Part shown: positions 61,998-64,000 of the stretch, one piece after another | How positions within the stretch are numbered: the stretch's first letter is position 1 | How the letters are laid out: each line of letters opens with the position of its first letter | Origin: Rhizophagus irregularis | Taxonomy: Eukaryota | DNA: 64,000 nt | Assembly (NCBI RefSeq): GCF_026210795.1 | Contig: NC_089429.1 | Location: forward strand, 1,984,001-2,048,000 | Direction of reading: 5' to 3' | The notes under the pieces: generated by a model | Told to the model about the DNA's origin: nothing | The model's input: only the letters and a program-made list of their open reading frames with translations | Databases searched by the model: none | Made by a program: the position numbers and the translations under genes

Positions 61998-64000
61998 ATA
62001 GATCGCTTCCTGTCGATCTATTGACCAAAAATTTTCAGAAAGAAAATTTTATATCTTCGTACTAACAACTCTTATAATTTACCTAACTCATACCTTCTAA
62101 CATGTCTAGAAACCTTGCTAGAAGAGGTGGCGGCAGCTATAACCCTAATAGTAATAAGGCTGCTCATCAGGAAAAGAAAAATAACAAAAAACAACTCTCT
62201 GACAACTCTGGCTCTGATAGTGATAGCACTACTCAAAAACGTTCCCGCATTATCACTGATAACACCATGGATGAAGATTTCGTTACCGACGTGCCGGCTG
62301 ACGGTGGTTTAGTTGGTTCAACTTCGACCGCTATTCCTCAACAAAATAATTCCCGCAGCACCGCCCATGAAAATACTCAAGCTTCTACCCCGAATAATTC
62401 TGCTGCGCCTACTGCGCCTGGCCAAGACGCGTCCTCTGGAGCTAACGCGTCTATTCATGCACCTCGAAACAAAGAAAATAACTCATCCCCTAACGCGTCC
62501 CCTAATATGGACGTGAATGATGGTTCATCGCCCGATCAGGCTGTCGATCCCTCCCCAACTATTACCATTAATCGTCAAGATTATCTGGCTGCGGCTGCGC
62601 CCAACTCTGCTCCCCAAACTCTTGAAAAACTTAAAACTAATAAGGCAATCATAGATGCCATTAACAACTTATTTTTAGAAACATACGAGTCGTATACCGG
62701 TCGGGCTCGTATGACTGGTTCAGGGGACGCTAAGCGTCTTATCATTCACTTCCATACTGCGGAGGCTCGTGACATGTGTGTTGGTAGTACACACTCTGAA
62801 TTTCCGGACCTACAATTCCACCTGTACGATCCCAAACAGCTCCGGTCAGATGAAGACCTCCGTGCAATTCAAGTAACAGATATCCCGTTCTTCATTACTA
62901 AACCGCAACTCCAATCCTACTTCAAGAAATTCGGCAATCTCCTCGCTCTCCATCTTTACTCAAGGAAAGGTGCTAAAATGCAACAAGCTCGCATTGTCTA
63001 TGATCATGCCGATGCCATCTCCCGTTTCACAAATCAATGGGCAGTTTACTGCTTTTCTACCTGCTTACGTGTTACCCCTTGCCATTACTCTTTAGATCAA
63101 AAAGCTGCTCGAAGAGCATTTGTGGCTGTTCTTTCTGGACTTCCCGCTAATACTAAAGATATCCATTTCGCTCCTTTGGTCAAAGAACATGGAGCCAAAG
63201 CTATTAACATTCCCCTTTCCCTAAATTCTTATAAACCCAAACCTTGGGCTTATGTTACCTTCAACTCGCAAGAAACAATGGATGCCGCTATAGAGCAAAC
63301 TATTGGTTTCCAAGGTCGCACTCTTCGATGGGGAACATCCAATGATTCGAAAGCTCTTTGCCACCGATGTGGTAAACTCGGTTGTGCTCCTACCTCCTGT
63401 CCGCTTAATCAACGCCGTGGTCGTTCACGTACACGTGACCCCGTGGCTGCTCTTAAAGAACGTTTCAACATCGGCCAAAGACCCGCCCAACAAAGAACGC
63501 CGCGCAACAATTCTCGTTCTCGTTCTCATTCTAAATCTCGGGATCATTCTGCCTCTGCTCAACGTTCTAATTCCAACTCGAACCGCTCTAATAATAATAA
63601 TTATAGCCCTAACAATACTAAATCCTCTTCCTCTGGTCCAGTTAACTCCTCCTCAACTGCTCATGGACGCTCGCCTTCCAATAATCGGAAAGGCAAAGAT
63701 AGATCTGTTTCCTTTTCGTCCAATGCTCGTGCTCCACTCCCAGATCCGAATTCTCCTAATGCTCTTGAAGCTGCCCTTAAGATTCTTAATGTTTTAAAGA
63801 ATCTTCAACAAGATGTTGCTCGTGTGGAATCCCGCATTTCAAATCTTGAACTTAACAATCAACGGCTATCTGCTATTGAAGCCCATTTAGGCATCAATCC
63901 TCCCTCCGCTCCTGTCGTTAATTCTGAACCTGATCGAATGGAAGAAGACCCTCCTGAAAACACGGGCACCTTAATTCAACATCCCGATGCTCCTTCATCT
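61998..64000 (+). mobile_element. 5' part of second LINE copy
   Basis: Homologous to 9117..~7115 (minus), same junction. Confidence 0.9.
62102..64000 (+). CDS. LINE ORF1, open to window end
   Basis: ATG at 62102 (MSRNLARRGGG..); CAA where copy 1 has TAA. Missing from the ORF track, presumably because no stop falls inside the window. Confidence 0.85.
   Translation, partial: MSRNLARRGGGSYNPNSNKAAHQEKKNNKKQLSDNSGSDSDSTTQKRSRIITDNTMDEDFVTDVPADGGLVGSTSTAIPQQNNSRSTAHENTQASTPNNSAAPTAPGQDASSGANASIHAPRNKENNSSPNASPNMDVNDGSSPDQAVDPSPTITINRQDYLAAAAPNSAPQTLEKLKTNKAIIDAINNLFLETYESYTGRARMTGSGDAKRLIIHFHTAEARDMCVGSTHSEFPDLQFHLYDPKQLRSDEDLRAIQVTDIPFFITKPQLQSYFKKFGNLLALHLYSRKGAKMQQARIVYDHADAISRFTNQWAVYCFSTCLRVTPCHYSLDQKAARRAFVAVLSGLPANTKDIHFAPLVKEHGAKAINIPLSLNSYKPKPWAYVTFNSQETMDAAIEQTIGFQGRTLRWGTSNDSKALCHRCGKLGCAPTSCPLNQRRGRSRTRDPVAALKERFNIGQRPAQQRTPRNNSRSRSHSKSRDHSASAQRSNSNSNRSNNNNYSPNNTKSSSSGPVNSSSTAHGRSPSNNRKGKDRSVSFSSNARAPLPDPNSPNALEAALKILNVLKNLQQDVARVESRISNLELNNQRLSAIEAHLGINPPSAPVVNSEPDRMEEDPPENTGTLIQHPDAPSS

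Larger units (their letters stand above)
54881..64000 (+). mobile_element. Virus-like/Polinton-like element, copy 2 (right end outside window)
   Basis: Begins GTCATCGGGCTGGTAGTGTG; same gene order as copy 1; lacks the hAT insertion. Confidence 0.85.

Overview
AT-rich, intron-containing eukaryotic DNA whose gene families (expanded TKL-type kinases, a Crinkler-type remnant) point to an arbuscular mycorrhizal fungus (Glomeromycotina, Rhizophagus-like; inference). The window is dominated by nested mobile DNA. (1) Two near-identical, head-to-head copies (<1..20675 on minus, 54881..>64000 on plus) of an intronless, virus-like element. It encodes an SF3/D5-like helicase, a compact family-B DNA polymerase, and IQ-motif, F-box and 2-cysteine-adaptor-like small proteins. 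Its genes share an upstream AAYTGAAGAT motif and its terminus is rich in iteron-like repeats. No integrase or capsid gene is visible in the window. (2) Both copies carry an APE-RT-RNaseH LINE at the same position, yet the two LINEs are clearly more diverged than their host elements, which suggests target-specific insertion. (3) A 4.4-kb hAT transposon (19-bp TIRs, 8-bp TSD) interrupts one copy and carries an extra Myb/SANT+RS-domain gene; its MITE lies at 22417..22659. (4) An 18-kb IS3EU-like element (TATGG..CCATA, 6-bp TSD) carries a DDE integrase and a HECT E3-ligase gene. Host kinase genes and pseudogenes, a CRN-like pseudogene, MITEs and unusual hairpin-intron tandem arrays fill the rest. 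All calls are by-eye motif and sequence comparisons; no database searches were run.
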